NCBI RefSeq assembly: GCF_006345805.1
Contig: NC_043006.1
Coordinates: forward strand, 26,846,001 to 26,910,000
DNA length: 64,000 nucleotides
Direction of reading: 5' to 3'
Origin: Octopus sinensis
Lineage: Eukaryota
Part shown: positions 1-13,045 of the stretch, in pieces
How the letters are laid out: each line of letters opens with the position of its first letter
Position numbering within the stretch: position 1 is the stretch's first letter
The notes under the pieces: model-generated
What the model saw: the letters and a program-made list of their open reading frames with translations, nothing else
The model's database searches: none
Told to the model about the DNA's origin: nothing
Program-made: the position numbers and the translations under genes

Positions 1-1193
1 CTTGGACTTTGATGAACCATGCAACCAATTCTGGCATGGCAAGCTGACTGACCAACCTTATCACTTGGGCCACCTACTCAACCTTCAACCATCACCATAA
101 CCACTGTGTCGCTACCTTCTTCACACTTATCCTTCACATTAATATCCTCCTTCTACTCGTTTCTATCTCCATTACTCTCACCTCAACAATGTTTCTTCTA
201 TTATTCTCTCCATTACTCTCTTCTCATAGCAATAAATCTGTTCCATTCATCACAGGGGAAGAGAAAGAGCTCTCTTTAGCTTTAGGAACTGCAAGCCAAC
301 TCCAACAGAACTGATAGCATGCAAAGCAACCAGTACACTCCATAAGTGATTTGTAATTGATTCCAGAAGTGACAGGGTTTGATAGGGCTCTTGAGTCTTG
401 TTGGATATGATGCAATCCCTATAGTGTTGGGGATATGAAAAAATACATACAGTGAACGATGAATAATACATTCACTGGATATTGTGGAAAGCTTGCTGGA
501 CTGAGAAAAATCCAGTGTATGCATTGAAACAGCATCAAATTAAAATAGCCATCTGTGTATCTTATATATATTTAAACTGTCAAAGGCGACAAACTTCACC
601 TAGACTTGTGATGACAGGTACATGTCATTGACATGGTCCAGGAATGTCAAAGCATGCCTGACATTCCTTTTTAGTACTGATGGGATAATGTTCACCTTGC
701 TTTGACATGTTTTTACTATAAGTTAATGAAGAGATTTTCTCACAGACAAATACCATAGCATCATGCCTGTCACTAGTGTATATACATTAGGTAAATTATG
801 CAGGTGGCTCTTTTAATTTAATGCTCTTTCAATCGCATACACTAAATTGAACATGTATTCTTAAACAGAAGTTTTTAATCATTCTTTTCATACATTAAAC
901 TCAGAATATTCATTTGATTATGCATTTTGCTTTTGTGGTTATCACTGTTGTTGTAGTTGTTGTTTTTTTTGCATAGCTGTGATCAAACTGACATTTAGCA
1001 TAGGACAAGGTGGACTAACTGGGCCATTTGTTAACTTCCCACTGAGTGAATATGACCTAAATCTTCAGCAATGTACACTATTATGTCAATGTTATATTAA
1101 CCAAACCAAATGCAAATATTTGACAGTTCACAAAGAGTCTCTCCCCAGTGCTTCCTGTTTTTTTTGTTAAAATAATATCTCTCTCTTTCACAG

Positions 1194-1308
1194 ATGTCAC
1201 CAATGTTCCAGTACAGAAGAACTGAAAACTTGTATGAAAGAAAATCTTAGCTCATTTACAAAAGAATATGGTGTACTGCTCTATCTCTATTCTGTGATTC
1301 TCTCTAAG
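1194..1308 (+). CDS. MINDY3: MINDY3 internal coding exon (first one visible in window)
   Basis: tttcacag|...TCTAAG|gtaacc. Encodes (R)CHQCSSTEELKTCMKENLSSFTKEYGVLLYLYSVILSK, matching the MINDY3 motif FGVLLFLYSVLLTK (recalled). Confidence 0.9.
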
Positions 1309-2437
1309 GTAACCCACTTTTTCAGTTACAGTATTGTGGCTGTTCCTTATCATTCACACACATAAACATCTGTTGAATCATATTATTTGTATGACTTGAT
1401 TCTTCTACTTATTTTTAAAATCCAAATACCACTTTAATGTGATTTTGTTCACCTTAGGATAGCATCATTTCAGCTTTGTTAAGCTAGTAGGAATAATCTT
1501 GTAGCTTTTTAAGCAAGAGCAGATAGCATGTTGACTCATTGTAGTAAATAGGATGTTCACTTGGATGTCAAGGTGGGAATATATTTGTTTGGATATCATG
1601 ATGAGTATTTTGTTCACTTGTATATTAAAAAGATTGAATGTTTAGTTTGAAGCATTGATGATGTCATGCAAAAAACCAATGGTATAACTTGTTTTAGTCA
1701 AAGGATGACAAGCTTTGTTCATGACCTTTGCAAGACCTCTAAAATTGGTGGCTTGAAATGGAAAAAGAAATTCCATTTTATGGGTGTTCATAAAGAGATT
1801 GTCTTTTATTGAAAACTTTGAGACACCTTATTTGCTTATAATTTTATGTTTGAGTATGTATAGTTTGTTCAATTGTCTAAAAACTTTAGATGAATGATTT
1901 AGAAAGTTTAGTGCAGCTAAAGCTATTTTACCACTTTATTGAGTTTCTCAAGATGAATATAGCAGCTTCCAGGTTTTCATTAGTATATTACAAAATGTTG
2001 TTTTGAACTAATATTGTTTCTGTCACTAATGATAAGTTTTTTATCCAGCCTGCTGGTTAATTGCAGCACCAGTAGTTTGTTAATCACTGTTTTCCTATAT
2101 CAGTAGTGGCTAAATTTGTCTTGGTATGCAAAGCTGGTGGACGCTTGCTCCTAACGACACTCAAAAAAAAAGCAGAAATACATATTTACCAATTCTACCA
2201 CTGCTGCTAGACACTTTTTGTCTGCTGCTTATACATTTCTATGTATTTTAACTCCATAAGTGTATATGAGATGCTTTCCTGACACAAAATTCCCAGTTTT
2301 CAAGCTTTTGACAATATATTTGCACTAAGTATGATTAACAGAATGCTATGTTGAACTGAGTGAATAATTTCTTTCTATGTTTTAGTTTGGTCAAGGCTGA
2401 ATATTTGACTTCATCCAGTGTTTTTTTTTTTTTTTAG

Positions 2438-2511
2438 GGTATTGAACAAATAAAGAATGAAGTTGAAGATCCTAGTGAATCACTTATTGACGGAACCTAT
2501 GGCCATGGAAG
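2438..2511 (+). CDS. MINDY3: MINDY3 coding exon
   Basis: poly-T ttag|...GGAAG|gtgaga. GIEQIKNEVEDPSESLIDGTYGHG(S) vs human GIENIKNEIEDASEPLIDPVYGHGS; phases compatible with both neighbours. Confidence 0.95.
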
Positions 2512-3009
2512 GTGAGATGATTACCAAAATCATTAATTCATTTGTTGTTTCTTTCTTTAATTGATATTATTCATTATTTTTGGTGCTATTTTTTTACTAC
2601 ATATTTGTTACAAATAATTATTGATCACCACTGTTGTTGGATTTACCTACAATTCAAGATGCCTAGGGAACAAGCCACAGTATACATTTGAAGACAGTGG
2701 TGTGAAAAGAAGCTATGACGGGACTAAACAGAATATTAAATTTAATGTTTTAAAAGGGCTTCCTGTGGGAGAATAAAAATTCATCTGCATTGACAAAATA
2801 TTAACGCTTGTAATATATTTAGTGAAAACAATATGTGACAATGGAGAGAAAATTTAAGTCTAAGTACTTAAAAAAACTACTCCATTAACTGCTCAGTCCT
2901 TATTATGCATCACATTAGATCTAATATGATGCTTAAAATAGAACAGCTATTGAATGTATAGACTGAGAATCAGACTTGATGTAATATACTTAAATTCAAA
3001 GAAAAAATA

Positions 3010-3320
3010 ATTTACCAAGATGATTAGCAGAAAAAAAAGAGGATGAAACTTCTAATGAAATAAAACTTTTCTGGCTGGTAAAGGCCTGTTTGAAAGATTT
3101 CAGCAACACTTTGCATAACATAAAATGACTGGTCAAATTGCCGGTGCTTATATAAAGGCTGTTGCTATTAATTATTTTGAAGAAAAGGATTGCTGAAGAG
3201 AACCACACACTAGAGTAAATATACATTGTTGACGAAACTGTGCTTTTCTGGAAGCAGATGCCTACTAGAACTTTTATCTCTTGGGAAAAATGTAACATCA
3301 GTATTTAAAGTCATAGTAAG
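3010..3320 (+). mobile_element. Tigger/pogo transposase fossil
   Basis: Frameshifted FLAGKGLFERF...LHNIKMTG...IYIVDETVLFWKQMPTRTFIS resembles pogo/Tigger DETGLFWKxMPxRT. Confidence 0.75.
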
Positions 3321-3339
3321 TATGAAGGCAGACAAATCA

Positions 3340-4430
3340 CAAATCTTTTCAGATAGATGGCCCTGCTTGATCTATCTGGCATAGATCATGCAGGGCTATA
3401 GGTAAAAACTCCATAAGATGTACCCAGTGTAAACTATGGACTCATAAGAGGTGCAGCAATATCAAAGGAAGGTTAAATGAGAAGATAGTTTTGTCAGATA
3501 CACAGGGGCAATAAACAGTGAAAACATGCAGAAAACAGCTTCCATCACATGCCTGAGAGGGAGCTAGAAGTAGTTGATAGCTTCCGTTACCAGGTTACCA
3601 AGTCAGTAGCTGGGGTGGATACTCTGAGAGCATAGCTCCTAGAATAAGAATAGCCTAGGTAAAGTTCAGAGAGCTCCTACCTCTGCAGGTAACAAAGGGA
3701 CTCAAGAGTGAAAGGCAGACTGTATGATGCCTGCATGCAAACAGCCACACTACACAGCAGTGAAACATGGCTGTGACTTCTGAGGACATGCGTAGGCTTG
3801 TAAGAAGGGAAACTAGTATGCTTTGCAGTTTGTCAGTGTGCATGCATGACAGTGTTGGGCATAAGAGGCATCAGATTGTGATGTGCAAGAGAGACAACTG
3901 CGCTGGTATTGTCATGTGATGCATTTGGATGAAGACAGCTGTGTGAAGAAGTGTTGCACTCTAACAGTCGAGGGAACCTGTGGAAGAGTCAGACCCAGGA
4001 AGACATGGGACAAGGTGGTGAAGCACAACCTTCAAATGTTGGGCCTCGTGGAGGCAATGACAAAACATTGGACAGTATGCTGTGCTTGTGAAGACCTGCT
4101 GAGCTGAGTGAAATCATTGTTGTAGCCAATGCCAGTGCTGTCTGACTGGCACCTGTGCCAGTGGCCTGTAAAAAGTACTGCTCAAGCATTGGGCCTCATG
4201 AAGGCAGTGACAAGTGACCGAGACCTTTGACGATGTACCATGCTTGTGTAGACTTGTCAAGCCAAGTGAGATTGTAGTCTTGGCTGATGCTGGTGTCAGG
4301 TCAATGGCACCTGTACTGGCGGGACTTAAAAAACACCCATTACACTCTTGGAGTGGTTGGCGTTAGGAAGGGCACCCAGCTATAGAAACCTTGCCAAATC
4401 AGATCAGAACCTAGTGCAGCTACTATCTTT
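3340..4430 (+). mobile_element. RTE-clade LINE, degenerate 3' half
   Basis: ELEVVDSFRY...KFRELLPL...RQLRWYCHVMHLDEDSCVKKC...GTCGRVRPRKTWDKVV, followed by the conserved RTE 3' tail. Confidence 0.85.
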
Positions 4431-4684
4431 TCTCATTTACTAGCCATGCTGGTATACCGAAGACCAAAGATGAAAAAAATTTTTTTTACTAATTAGAGAT
4501 AAATCAGTACATTTAATTGAATTGACTACTGTACAGCAATGGTGATTTCCAGAAGAAACGAAATTATATCTGTCTTTTTGACCCAGTACATGAATATTTG
4601 AAATTAAAACATTCAGTTTATTTCCACTTTTCTTATTATACATTTTGCTAACATGAATTGTCTGAATCTACTGTCATTTTCCAG

Positions 4685-4764
4685 CCAATCCTTGATCAAC
4701 CTGCTTCTCACTGGAAGAGCAGTTTCTAATGTTTGGGACCATGACAAAGAAATATCTGGATTAA
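4685..4764 (+). CDS. MINDY3: MINDY3 coding exon
   Basis: ttttccag|...TTAA|gtaagt. QSLINLLLTGRAVSNVWDHDKEISGL vs human QSLINLLLTGHAVSNVWDGDRECSGM. Confidence 0.96.
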
Positions 4765-5750
4765 GTAAGTCTTTTTCTTGGTTATTTCAGTTTGTTTTGT
4801 TTCTTTTTGGGTTTTATTTTTGTTATTTGAATTTATTTAAATATTGTCATTTAGTTACAGATTGAAATAGATTTATAATGATGCTTATATCCATTTTTAA
4901 CAAATTTGGGTATGTATTCATAATAATTGAATATTTTTACTTTCTATCACAATTTCATTGAGTTCTTAGCAACTTTTAGAAAATTAGAAATCAATATTTC
5001 TAATGTTTTTTCTAAATTAGTTTATATAAGAAAGCAAGGTACTTTTAAATATGACTGGGTTGAGGTTAATATCATTAATGTTAGTTTTGAATTGTAATTA
5101 ATAGCTAGAAAGTATTTCTGGGTAGAGAGTGAGTTCTGGAAGATGTAAGAAAGACTGAACTAAGTGTGGGAACTCTAATGGTTTTAGGTGTAGGTGAGGG
5201 GGAGAGGGACAGTAGATGTGCTGAATATATTCAATTTTCAAATCTAGTGTAGTTATTAATATTTGACATTTTGTCTTTTTAACCTTTAGTGTACAGGCCA
5301 ATAATGCTATATTGCTCACAAATATTTCTGTAGTAGCAGTATCTACTTAAATTTGATTAGAAGTGCAATCAAATAGTTATGAAAAGGCAACTAAAGAGAT
5401 GTTTATTTCCTTCAGTTACTTTACTAACCATTTCTGGTTAAGATAATTTGTTTAATCTGTATTACAATTCTGTAGATTTTTTTTTCTTATCTGAAGTAAT
5501 ATCTGAGGTAATAAGCATAGAACTAAATGATTGAATAGGAATATTTATCTTTTTACAATATCTTGGTTTAATTTAATACTTGTCTTCTCCAATCTGTTGT
5601 AATTATATTCTCAATTTAGTTTTGTTGGCTGATTAGAAAGTATCAGTTCATAGCTAATCTGAAGTTGTGCTGTAGTTTATTGAGCAAACCTGTCTCTGTA
5701 CATTGTTTTGGAACTTCAAACTAAAGAAATATAAATATGTTTCAATATTC

Positions 5751-5936
5751 TTTTACTTGTTTCAGTCATTTGACTGCAGCCGTGCTGGAGCACCGCCCTT
5801 AGTCACACAGGACTTACGCTTTATAAGTCTAGTACTTATTCTATTGGTCTCTTTTGCCAAACAACTAAGTTATAGGGACGTAAACACACCAATATTGGTT
5901 GTCAAGTGATGGTGGGGGAAGAAACACAAAAGCACA

Positions 5937-5987
<51 letters not shown>

Positions 5988-6145
5988 GATGGGATTCTTT
6001 CAGTTTCCATCTACCAAATCCACTCCCAAGGCTTTGGTTGGCCCAAGGCTATAGTAGAAGACACTTACCCAAGGAGACACGCAGCGGGACTGAACCCGGA
6101 ACCATGTGGTTGGGAAGTGAGCTTCTTTGCACACAGCCATGCCTG
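5751..6145 (-). mobile_element. tRNA-derived SINE
   Basis: tRNA-like head with A/B-box-like motifs on the minus strand, central (TA)n; related copies at 8646-8990 (-), 25722-25850 (+), 18615-18740 (+), 47590-47700 (+). Confidence 0.8.
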
Positions 6146-6463
6146 TGGAATATAATACTTTGAATTTATTTTTAAGAACTTTTTATGTCAATATGTGTGA
6201 TGTGTTTTAAACAGAAGTCATGCTTATTTCTATTGTATAGAGAAATTAATTTCCATTTGTCAATGTTTATGAAAATAGGTGTTAAGTTTGGATTAAGGCT
6301 TCGGCTAAAGATATTCAGAATTAATAGCACTTTGGAAATAGCAATATTTGCCGAATATACACCCTGTGCATCTACAGAAAATTAATGAAGTGGGAATTGA
6401 GTAATTTGTTGTCTCCATACTCATTAGTAGACAATTGCCGAAAGAGTATTATTGTCCTTTCAG

Positions 6464-6534
6464 AAATGCGTGGCATCTATAAACAATCTTACATTGGGTT
6501 TTTGACTCTCCTTGAACACTTACGTTACTGTGAG
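6464..6534 (+). CDS. MINDY3: MINDY3 coding exon
   Basis: cctttcag|...GAG|gtgagt. (K)MRGIYKQSYIGFLTLLEHLRYCE vs human VGFLTLMEALRYCK. Confidence 0.95.
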
Positions 6535-6714
6535 GTGAGTAAACCTTTTCTCTACATTTATTGACTTTCCTAAGAAATTCAGTTTTTGATATTTCTCAAG
6601 AAAGTTAAGTTTTTTTTTTTTTCTGTTTGATGTTTTTGTGTTGCTATTTTTAATGGCAGAACATATCTCCCATATAACTCCTATCCTTTTCTCTTATCCC
6701 TTGTTGGTTGTGTG

Positions 6715-7030
6715 ATGATGTCATCATCATCATCATCATCGTTTAGCGTCTGCTTTCCATGCTAGCATGGGTTGGACGGTTCAACTGGGGTCTGGGAATC
6801 CAGAAGGCTGCACCAGGCCCAGTCTGATCTGGCAATGTTTCTACGGTTGGATGCCCTTCCTAATGCCAACCACTCCGTGAGTGTAGTGGGTGCTTTTTAC
6901 ATGCCACCAGCACAGGTGCCAGACGAGGCTGGCAAACGGCCACAATCGGATGGTGCTTTTTACGTGCCACCAGCACAAAGGCGAGGCGAGGCTGGCAGTG
7001 GCCACGATCGGATGGTGCTTTTTAGGTGCC
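6715..7030 (-). mobile_element. RTE LINE 3' tail with (GAT)n end
   Basis: Reverse complement of ...ccgtccaacccatgctagcatggaaagcagacgctaaacgatgatgatg; homologous to 13870-14117 (+) and 46845-47101 (+). Confidence 0.8.
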
Positions 7031-7437
7031 AAATAAAATAATTACATTGTTCATGTTTGAATAATTTGAGAGACTCTTTAGAGTTCTACTCTCCAAATTT
7101 ACATGCCCTGCTAGCTGAACAGGTAGGCTTTTTCTGTCAGCTTAATATGGAGTTATATTCAACTGACTTAATATGTTGTGTTTTGTCAGCCTGACATCAC
7201 GGTGTCTCCCCCACCCCCTTAACACGCTATTCTACTTGCTCAGTATGTTGCATTCTGTGGTGTTTAAGTTTTGTCATTGAGCTTGTTTGCATAGCTGAAA
7301 TAAAATTTGTGCTTTTTAATTCTTTTAGCTGTATTTGTTTTGACTATATTACACAATTTTCATTCAGACTATTGCTTATCACCTTTGCCTAATTTTGAAA
7401 ATGTGAGTCTGTCAATGGGAAATTTTTATGTCCGCAG

Positions 7438-7518
7438 GTTGGATGGTTTCTGAAAAATCCCAAATGCCCAATTTGGCTACTTGCCAGTGAAACACATTTG
7501 ACAGTGCTTTTTTCCAAG
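7438..7518 (+). CDS. MINDY3: MINDY3 coding exon with catalytic His (SETH)
   Basis: tccgcag|...AAG|gtgggt. VGWFLKNPKCPIWLLASETHLTVLFSK vs human VGSYLKSPKFPIWIVGSETHLTVFFAK. Confidence 0.96.
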
Positions 7519-7619
7519 GTGGGTATTAAACCTACATAACAAGTACTTACTTTATTGAAAGTAATGAAATCACATGTTTTAAAATGATGTTTTGTATCTG
7601 ACTATGAGATTGCAGTACA

Positions 7620-8090
7620 TATGTATATATGTATGTGTGTTAGTTACTGTCTCCTTGCCTTGATGTTGTGTGATAGTTGTGAGTGTTGCCATCATGCAAG
7701 CAGTGTTCTTCATTTCCAATCTTCTGTGAAAGCATGTCTAGCTATGACAAAATATTACCATACTTGAAAGCAAATGAGGGTTGATGGCAGGAGGAGTATC
7801 TGCCTGAACAAATTCCATGTGAGCATGGAAAAGTGGGAGATGAAATGATGATACAAGTGTGTGTGTGTGTGTGTGTGTCCTTGCCTTGACATGGCACTAT
7901 AGTTGAAAACAAGCTTCACCATCTTACAAGTGGTAGTGTTTGTTTCCAATCTTCCATGAAAACCCTTCTAGAAACAGGCAAAGGGTGAGAGGAAGGGCAT
8001 CTGGCCATAGAAAATCTACCTCTGAATTCCATGTGACCCATACAAGATGGGAAAGTGGATGTTAAAATAGTGAGAATGATGATATGCATA
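7620..8090 (+). mobile_element. Two degenerate tandem copies of a SINE-like repeat ending in the RTE tail
   Basis: ccttgccttgacat...aggaagggcatc...catggaaaagtggatgttaaa(tga)n; similar copies at 45040-45340 and 59960-60229. Confidence 0.6.
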
Positions 8091-8645
8091 CATTACATAC
8101 ATTTTGTATGTATGTATGTATGTATGTATAAAATGATTTTTTTTTTTTTTACTAAGTGCAAGAAACAAATTTATAAGGACGAGATATGATTTCATGTGAT
8201 ATGCATGCTGTTATCAAAGGTATTAGAATATCAAGTAGGAATTAAAGTGTTCTTGTTCTACAATTCCTATCATGAGCTTTATATATTTTATTTAAATTAT
8301 TGTTAAAAGTAGTGTTTATTTTGACAAGGCACGTTGTGTGGTTGTCAGTTGAAAGAGAGTGTTATTGATTGATTTGATTTTATTATATGTTATTGGTATT
8401 TATTTTTATCAGCTCTTATCTAGTACATGTTTTCAAATAGCATTATAGTATTAGTGAAATAGACATTGAACAATGTTACAAGCAATTCATTCTATACGAA
8501 ATTTTACAACTGCTTCAGTGTCTTTTTAAAGAGCAAACTACTCATTGTATACTTCATATTTTAAATTATTAAGATTATATATTTCTGAAAGTGCACGTAA
8601 TAAAACGTGCTCATAATGAGAAATCATTTACATATGATCTTTTAT

Positions 8646-8990
8646 CTTTTACTTGTTTCAATCATTTGGAAGTGGCCATGCTGGGGCACTGCCTTGAAGA
8701 ATTTTTAGTTGAATGAATTGACCCCAGTACTTCATTTCTTTTCTTTTTTTAAGCCTGCTACATATTCTATTGGCCTTTTTGCCGAACTGCTAAGTTATGG
8801 GAATGTAAACACTAACACTGGTTGTCAAGTAGTGGTGGGAAATAAACATATGTACAGACACACACACATACACACGATGGGCTTCCTTCAGTTTCCACCT
8901 ACGAAATCCACTCACAAGATGCTATGCAATGGGACTGAACCCAGAACCATGTGATCGGGAAGCAAGCTTCTTACCACACACCCAAGCACC
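8646..8990 (-). mobile_element. tRNA-derived SINE
   Basis: Same family as 5751-6145. Confidence 0.75.
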
Positions 8991-9369
8991 TATATATAAA
9001 TATATTTTTTTGCACACGATAAATACAACTCTGTCATATTTGCAAGTGTTAAATGAAATATTAAAATAGAATCAGTTGACTTTCTTTTGCTTGTTATCAA
9101 GCTCATGTTCCAAAGAGTATTAGTGACCTTAAACGTAAAATGAATTTTCCAGTTAGTATTGAAACTGGGTTGCAGATTCAGTTTACTGAGTACCAAAGGA
9201 TAAAATCCATATACAAACAAAAGTATTGTATTGTATTGGCATCCTTTCTGTCTCAGGAGACAATGGAGTTGCGCATGAAGTAGTCTAGTCTGGCTTTTAT
9301 ATTTCATGTTCTGATACATTTCCTGCTGTGGCTGTGTAGTCCTACCCTGGACAAACACTCCCTCTGGCA

Positions 9370-9570
9370 GGTACCGCAAATGTAGCGAAGACTGTTCCTG
9401 GCTGGTTGTAGTGCCATAGTCTCTTGTTTACGTCTCTTCCTTTCTTTCCATTTCTCCTCTCTCTCTCTGTCACTCCTTTGTATTCCCTCTTTTACGGTAC
9501 GTCGCCATTCTCCACAGTTGCCGGCAACTGCCTCCCAACCGCTAATATTGATGTTGCAGGCCTTCATGTC
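9370..9570 (-). mobile_element. RTE (BovB/RTE-1-like) LINE ORF C-terminal fragment
   Basis: WEAVAGNCGEWRRTVKEG...YICGTCQRECLSRVGLHSHSRKC matches the RTE C-terminal WE..A.DR..WR motif and C..C...SRIGL.SH.R.C finger. Confidence 0.75.
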
Positions 9571-9971
9571 CCAACAAACAAAAGTAGATCTTTAACAAAA
9601 AAAAATATATATATAAAGTAGATCTTTAAAAAAATATAAAGGAAAATAGTGTGGCAGCTTTAAACTCATTTCTAGAACTTGCTGCAGAAGAAAAAAAATA
9701 CACTCTAAGTCATTTAATAATGAGATTGGCAAATTGCATCCAAGTTTTAATAGTTGTTACTTTGAATGGTGATAGTTGAATCAGTACAGGAAAATATTTA
9801 TTGGGGTAAAGATCAATGTCGTGCATTAAAATGTAGCTCAGCTTGGGAATTGAAGCTTAGTCAATTTTAGTTAAATAATGGTTTAAATGTACTTAATTTA
9901 TTGTAGGATCTTAAAACGGCAATGAATGTAATATATCTTTTTTCCTTGTATTAACTCTCTTCTATTTTCAG

Positions 9972-10044
9972 GAGAAGGGAATAGTTTTTCCTGCTACTCA
10001 AGAAATGACAGCAAAACAGGTGTTTCAAAAATTTGATAATGAAG
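9972..10044 (+). CDS. MINDY3: MINDY3 coding exon (start of EF-hand insertion)
   Basis: attttcag|...GAAG|gtcagt. EKGIVFPATQEMTAKQVFQKFDNE(G); phase 0 in, phase 1 out. Confidence 0.9.
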
Positions 10045-10289
10045 GTCAGTTAAAAAAAAGCTATTAAAATTGTTTAGGTCAGCTTCACATAAAGTAACTG
10101 TTTCTAGAAATATTCAAGGTTATGTGTTTCTTTGGCAAATTTTCTTCTAGTGTCTGAAACTGGTAACCTTTTAAGAAGGATTTAAATTTTGGAAGCAAAG
10201 AAGAATCAGTAGGGAGCCAAATCCAGAGAGTAGAGTGACTGAAGGACAAGAATCATCTTATGGATAGGGAGTGATGTGTTAGTTGATGT

Positions 10290-10920
10290 GTTGTAGGGCA
10301 GCATCTAAATTTTGCTTGTCTATTCTGCAAGTCTCTTCCATTGCTCTACTTATCTCAACATCCAAATAAAACTATTTATCATTTGATCATGTGGAACAAA
10401 GTCATGATGGAGTCAGCTTTCCAATCGAAAAAGACAACATCACCTTCACATTTGAGCTTTATTTGGTTGCAACAATGACGACCCAACTCACTGCAATGAC
10501 TAAACTGTTGTTTCAACATTGTAGCCACACACCCATACTTTGTCACTTGTTATGACACTAATCAGAAAATTTTCAATAGCATTCCAATGATCAAACAATT
10601 CTTTATTGACTCTGGCTTAGTTTTGTTTTTGTTTGTCAGCAGCACTCAGTGCAAATTTTGTAGTAACATGAAGCATCTTCCACTTTCCTTTTAAAATTCA
10701 TCTGACATGAATTATGCCTACTTCTTATGAAATTTCTCAAGCAAGCAACAATTTTCATGATTACAACACAATCTTTTTACAATGTGATCATTCTCCAATC
10801 ATTCACAATTTGAAGTGCTGCTATTAATGTGAGATTGTATACAGCTTGTTGTCTTTTTCCAATGGTGTAACATTAGAAACATCTCTATAAAAGGGTCCCC
10901 TGCCTCCTATTTGAGACAGA
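10290..10920 (-). mobile_element. mariner transposase fossil
   Basis: Degenerate VITSDKVWVCGYNVET...HHDFVP, cf. mariner ITGDETWVYGYDVET...HHEFVP. Confidence 0.6.
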
Positions 10921-11161
10921 ATTTCACACAAACACATTGTTCTTCCAAATCCTTCATTGTTCAACTTGTAACAAATCACTCAAGCATGTGCTGATTGATG
11001 ACTAACCAATATGGTATGATGCAATTGCTATTAGACTTCAAGGTCAGAGTTACTGTGAGAAAGAGCAGTTTTAAAAGTTTGGTGTCTTTTTGATCTTAAG
11101 TATAGTAATGTTGCCAAAAGTATTTTGAGAGAAAATTTTTTTTTTCCTTTTCTCTGTACAG

Positions 11162-11234
11162 GTAATGGTTTTATATCTACTTCTTCTCTGGGACAGCTTT
11201 TACAGGAATTAGATCTGGGTTCAGAAAAGGAATT
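11162..11234 (+). CDS. MINDY3: MINDY3 coding exon (EF-hand)
   Basis: tctgtacag|...AATT|gtaagt. NGFISTSSLGQLLQELDLGSEKE vs human NGFIPDSLLEDVMKALDLVSDPE. Confidence 0.92.
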
Positions 11235-11929
11235 GTAAGTTATCCTTGTATTTATTGTTGTATTTAGCATATTCAACAACAAACTGACTCTATCTTTTGT
11301 GTCTTAAATTTATTTATTTCTTCTCTTTCATTATAGTCACTTAGTACACACAGATATATTTTGAATTCCAAAATACTTCATATTTTTGTTTTCTTTAATA
11401 GAAAGATCTTAATCAAGCTAGCCTAAAAACAAATTTCATTAATAAAGATTGTTGTTAGCGTTTATATTTGTTTTTAGATTATCTTGAATATCTTTTTTAA
11501 CACATGAAGAGAATGTTAAGTGTTTTGGTTTTGGAAAGGTTTCTACAAATTTAAACCTTGATAAATTTCCAAAACTCTTAATATTTTTATTTTATATGTT
11601 AGAAAAAATAATCAAGATAGCCTAAAAACAATTTAGTTAATGGTAATCATTTAGCAATTATAAGATTAAACTGTTAGACAACAGATCGTACAAGTTCATG
11701 AATTCAAATCTTATTACAAACTCTTTCTTACCTCAGTGCAATTAACTTGTTAAAATAAGTTTCATCCATGACTCAGTTGTGTGGATACTTGTAAGAGAAG
11801 TAAAACTAATTGCATCAAAAGCATTCAAACGTCTCAACATATAATGTTGTGGGTGTTAATATACCCATGGTGTTGCTAAAAATTGGGATGACCATCACAC
11901 AATGTATGAATTAATAAATTCTTTGTACA

Positions 11930-12810
11930 CATCATCATTATCATCGTCATTTAATATCTATTTTCTATGCTGGCATAGGTAGGATGGTTTGACAAGAGCT
12001 GGCAAGTCAGAAGACTGCAGCAAGCTCTGTTGTCTCTTTTGGCATGGTTTTTATGGCAGAATGCCCTTCCTAACACTGACCACTTTACATAATGTACTGG
12101 GGACGTTTTATGTTGCACTAGCAGCAGTGAGGTCACCAAGTAATTTGCAGGACAAGATCCCTCAACAAAAGGGAGTAGTATTGAGGGACAGAAAGGATGT
12201 CTTGTATTAGAAGAGCTACATGGTTACCTCAGCTGGAGAGAGAGAGAGGAAAGAAAGATGGCAAAGATGTGACAGAGAGGGGCCAGGGGCTTTACACCTA
12301 AGTTACAGGGTGGTTTTCATAGTGAAGTATACTGGGGATTGGAGAGGGTGGGTAGGTGGGTAAGTTCACAAGATTTCAAAAGGAAAGTGGGAAGTAGAGG
12401 TGGGGGTGATGTAGTGGGTGGGCACTGGTAAAGTGAGGGGTTATTAAGTGGATATGGTTTGGAAAAGAGATTGAACAGAGACATATTGTGCGCAGGTAGG
12501 TATGTGAAAGGGAGCGGAGGGGTGGAGAATACAATGGTAGTAAGTATGGGTAGGTTGGGTGGGGTGGAATATATATATATTGCAGGAATTTGTAGTTTAA
12601 GAATTCTAATTAAAGTGAGAGCACATGCTTTTCAATTATTATTGTTTAAAATCTGTTTTCTATGTGGGCATGGGTTGGACAGTTGGACAGGCACCTATGT
12701 CTACTTAGGCATGGTGTCTATGGATAGATGCCCTTCTTAAGGCTAACCACTTCACAGTGTTTACTGGGTGCTTTTTTCATTGCATCAGCATTAGTGAAAT
12801 CACCAAGTAA
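11930..12810 (-). mobile_element. RTE 3' UTR/tail remnants with purine-rich (sense C/T-rich) tract
   Basis: RTE tail motifs at 11930-12150 and 12640-12810 on minus; G/A-rich tract between them on +. Confidence 0.5.
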
Positions 12811-13045
12811 TTTGCAAGACAAGACCCCATCAGCTGAGTGGGATGGGGGTATAGTATTGAGGGAGGTGGTTTTATACCATGTTTTAAGAGATTAATGCAT
12901 GGTAGGGGAACAGGAACAGATGTCTTGTTGAAATGGAGAGGCATAGCTTTCTTCAACTGGGAAAAGAGGAAGAGATATATGCATTTAAATACAATTGCAA
13001 TCTTTGAATACTCAAAGTTTACATACACGCACAAATATATATATA

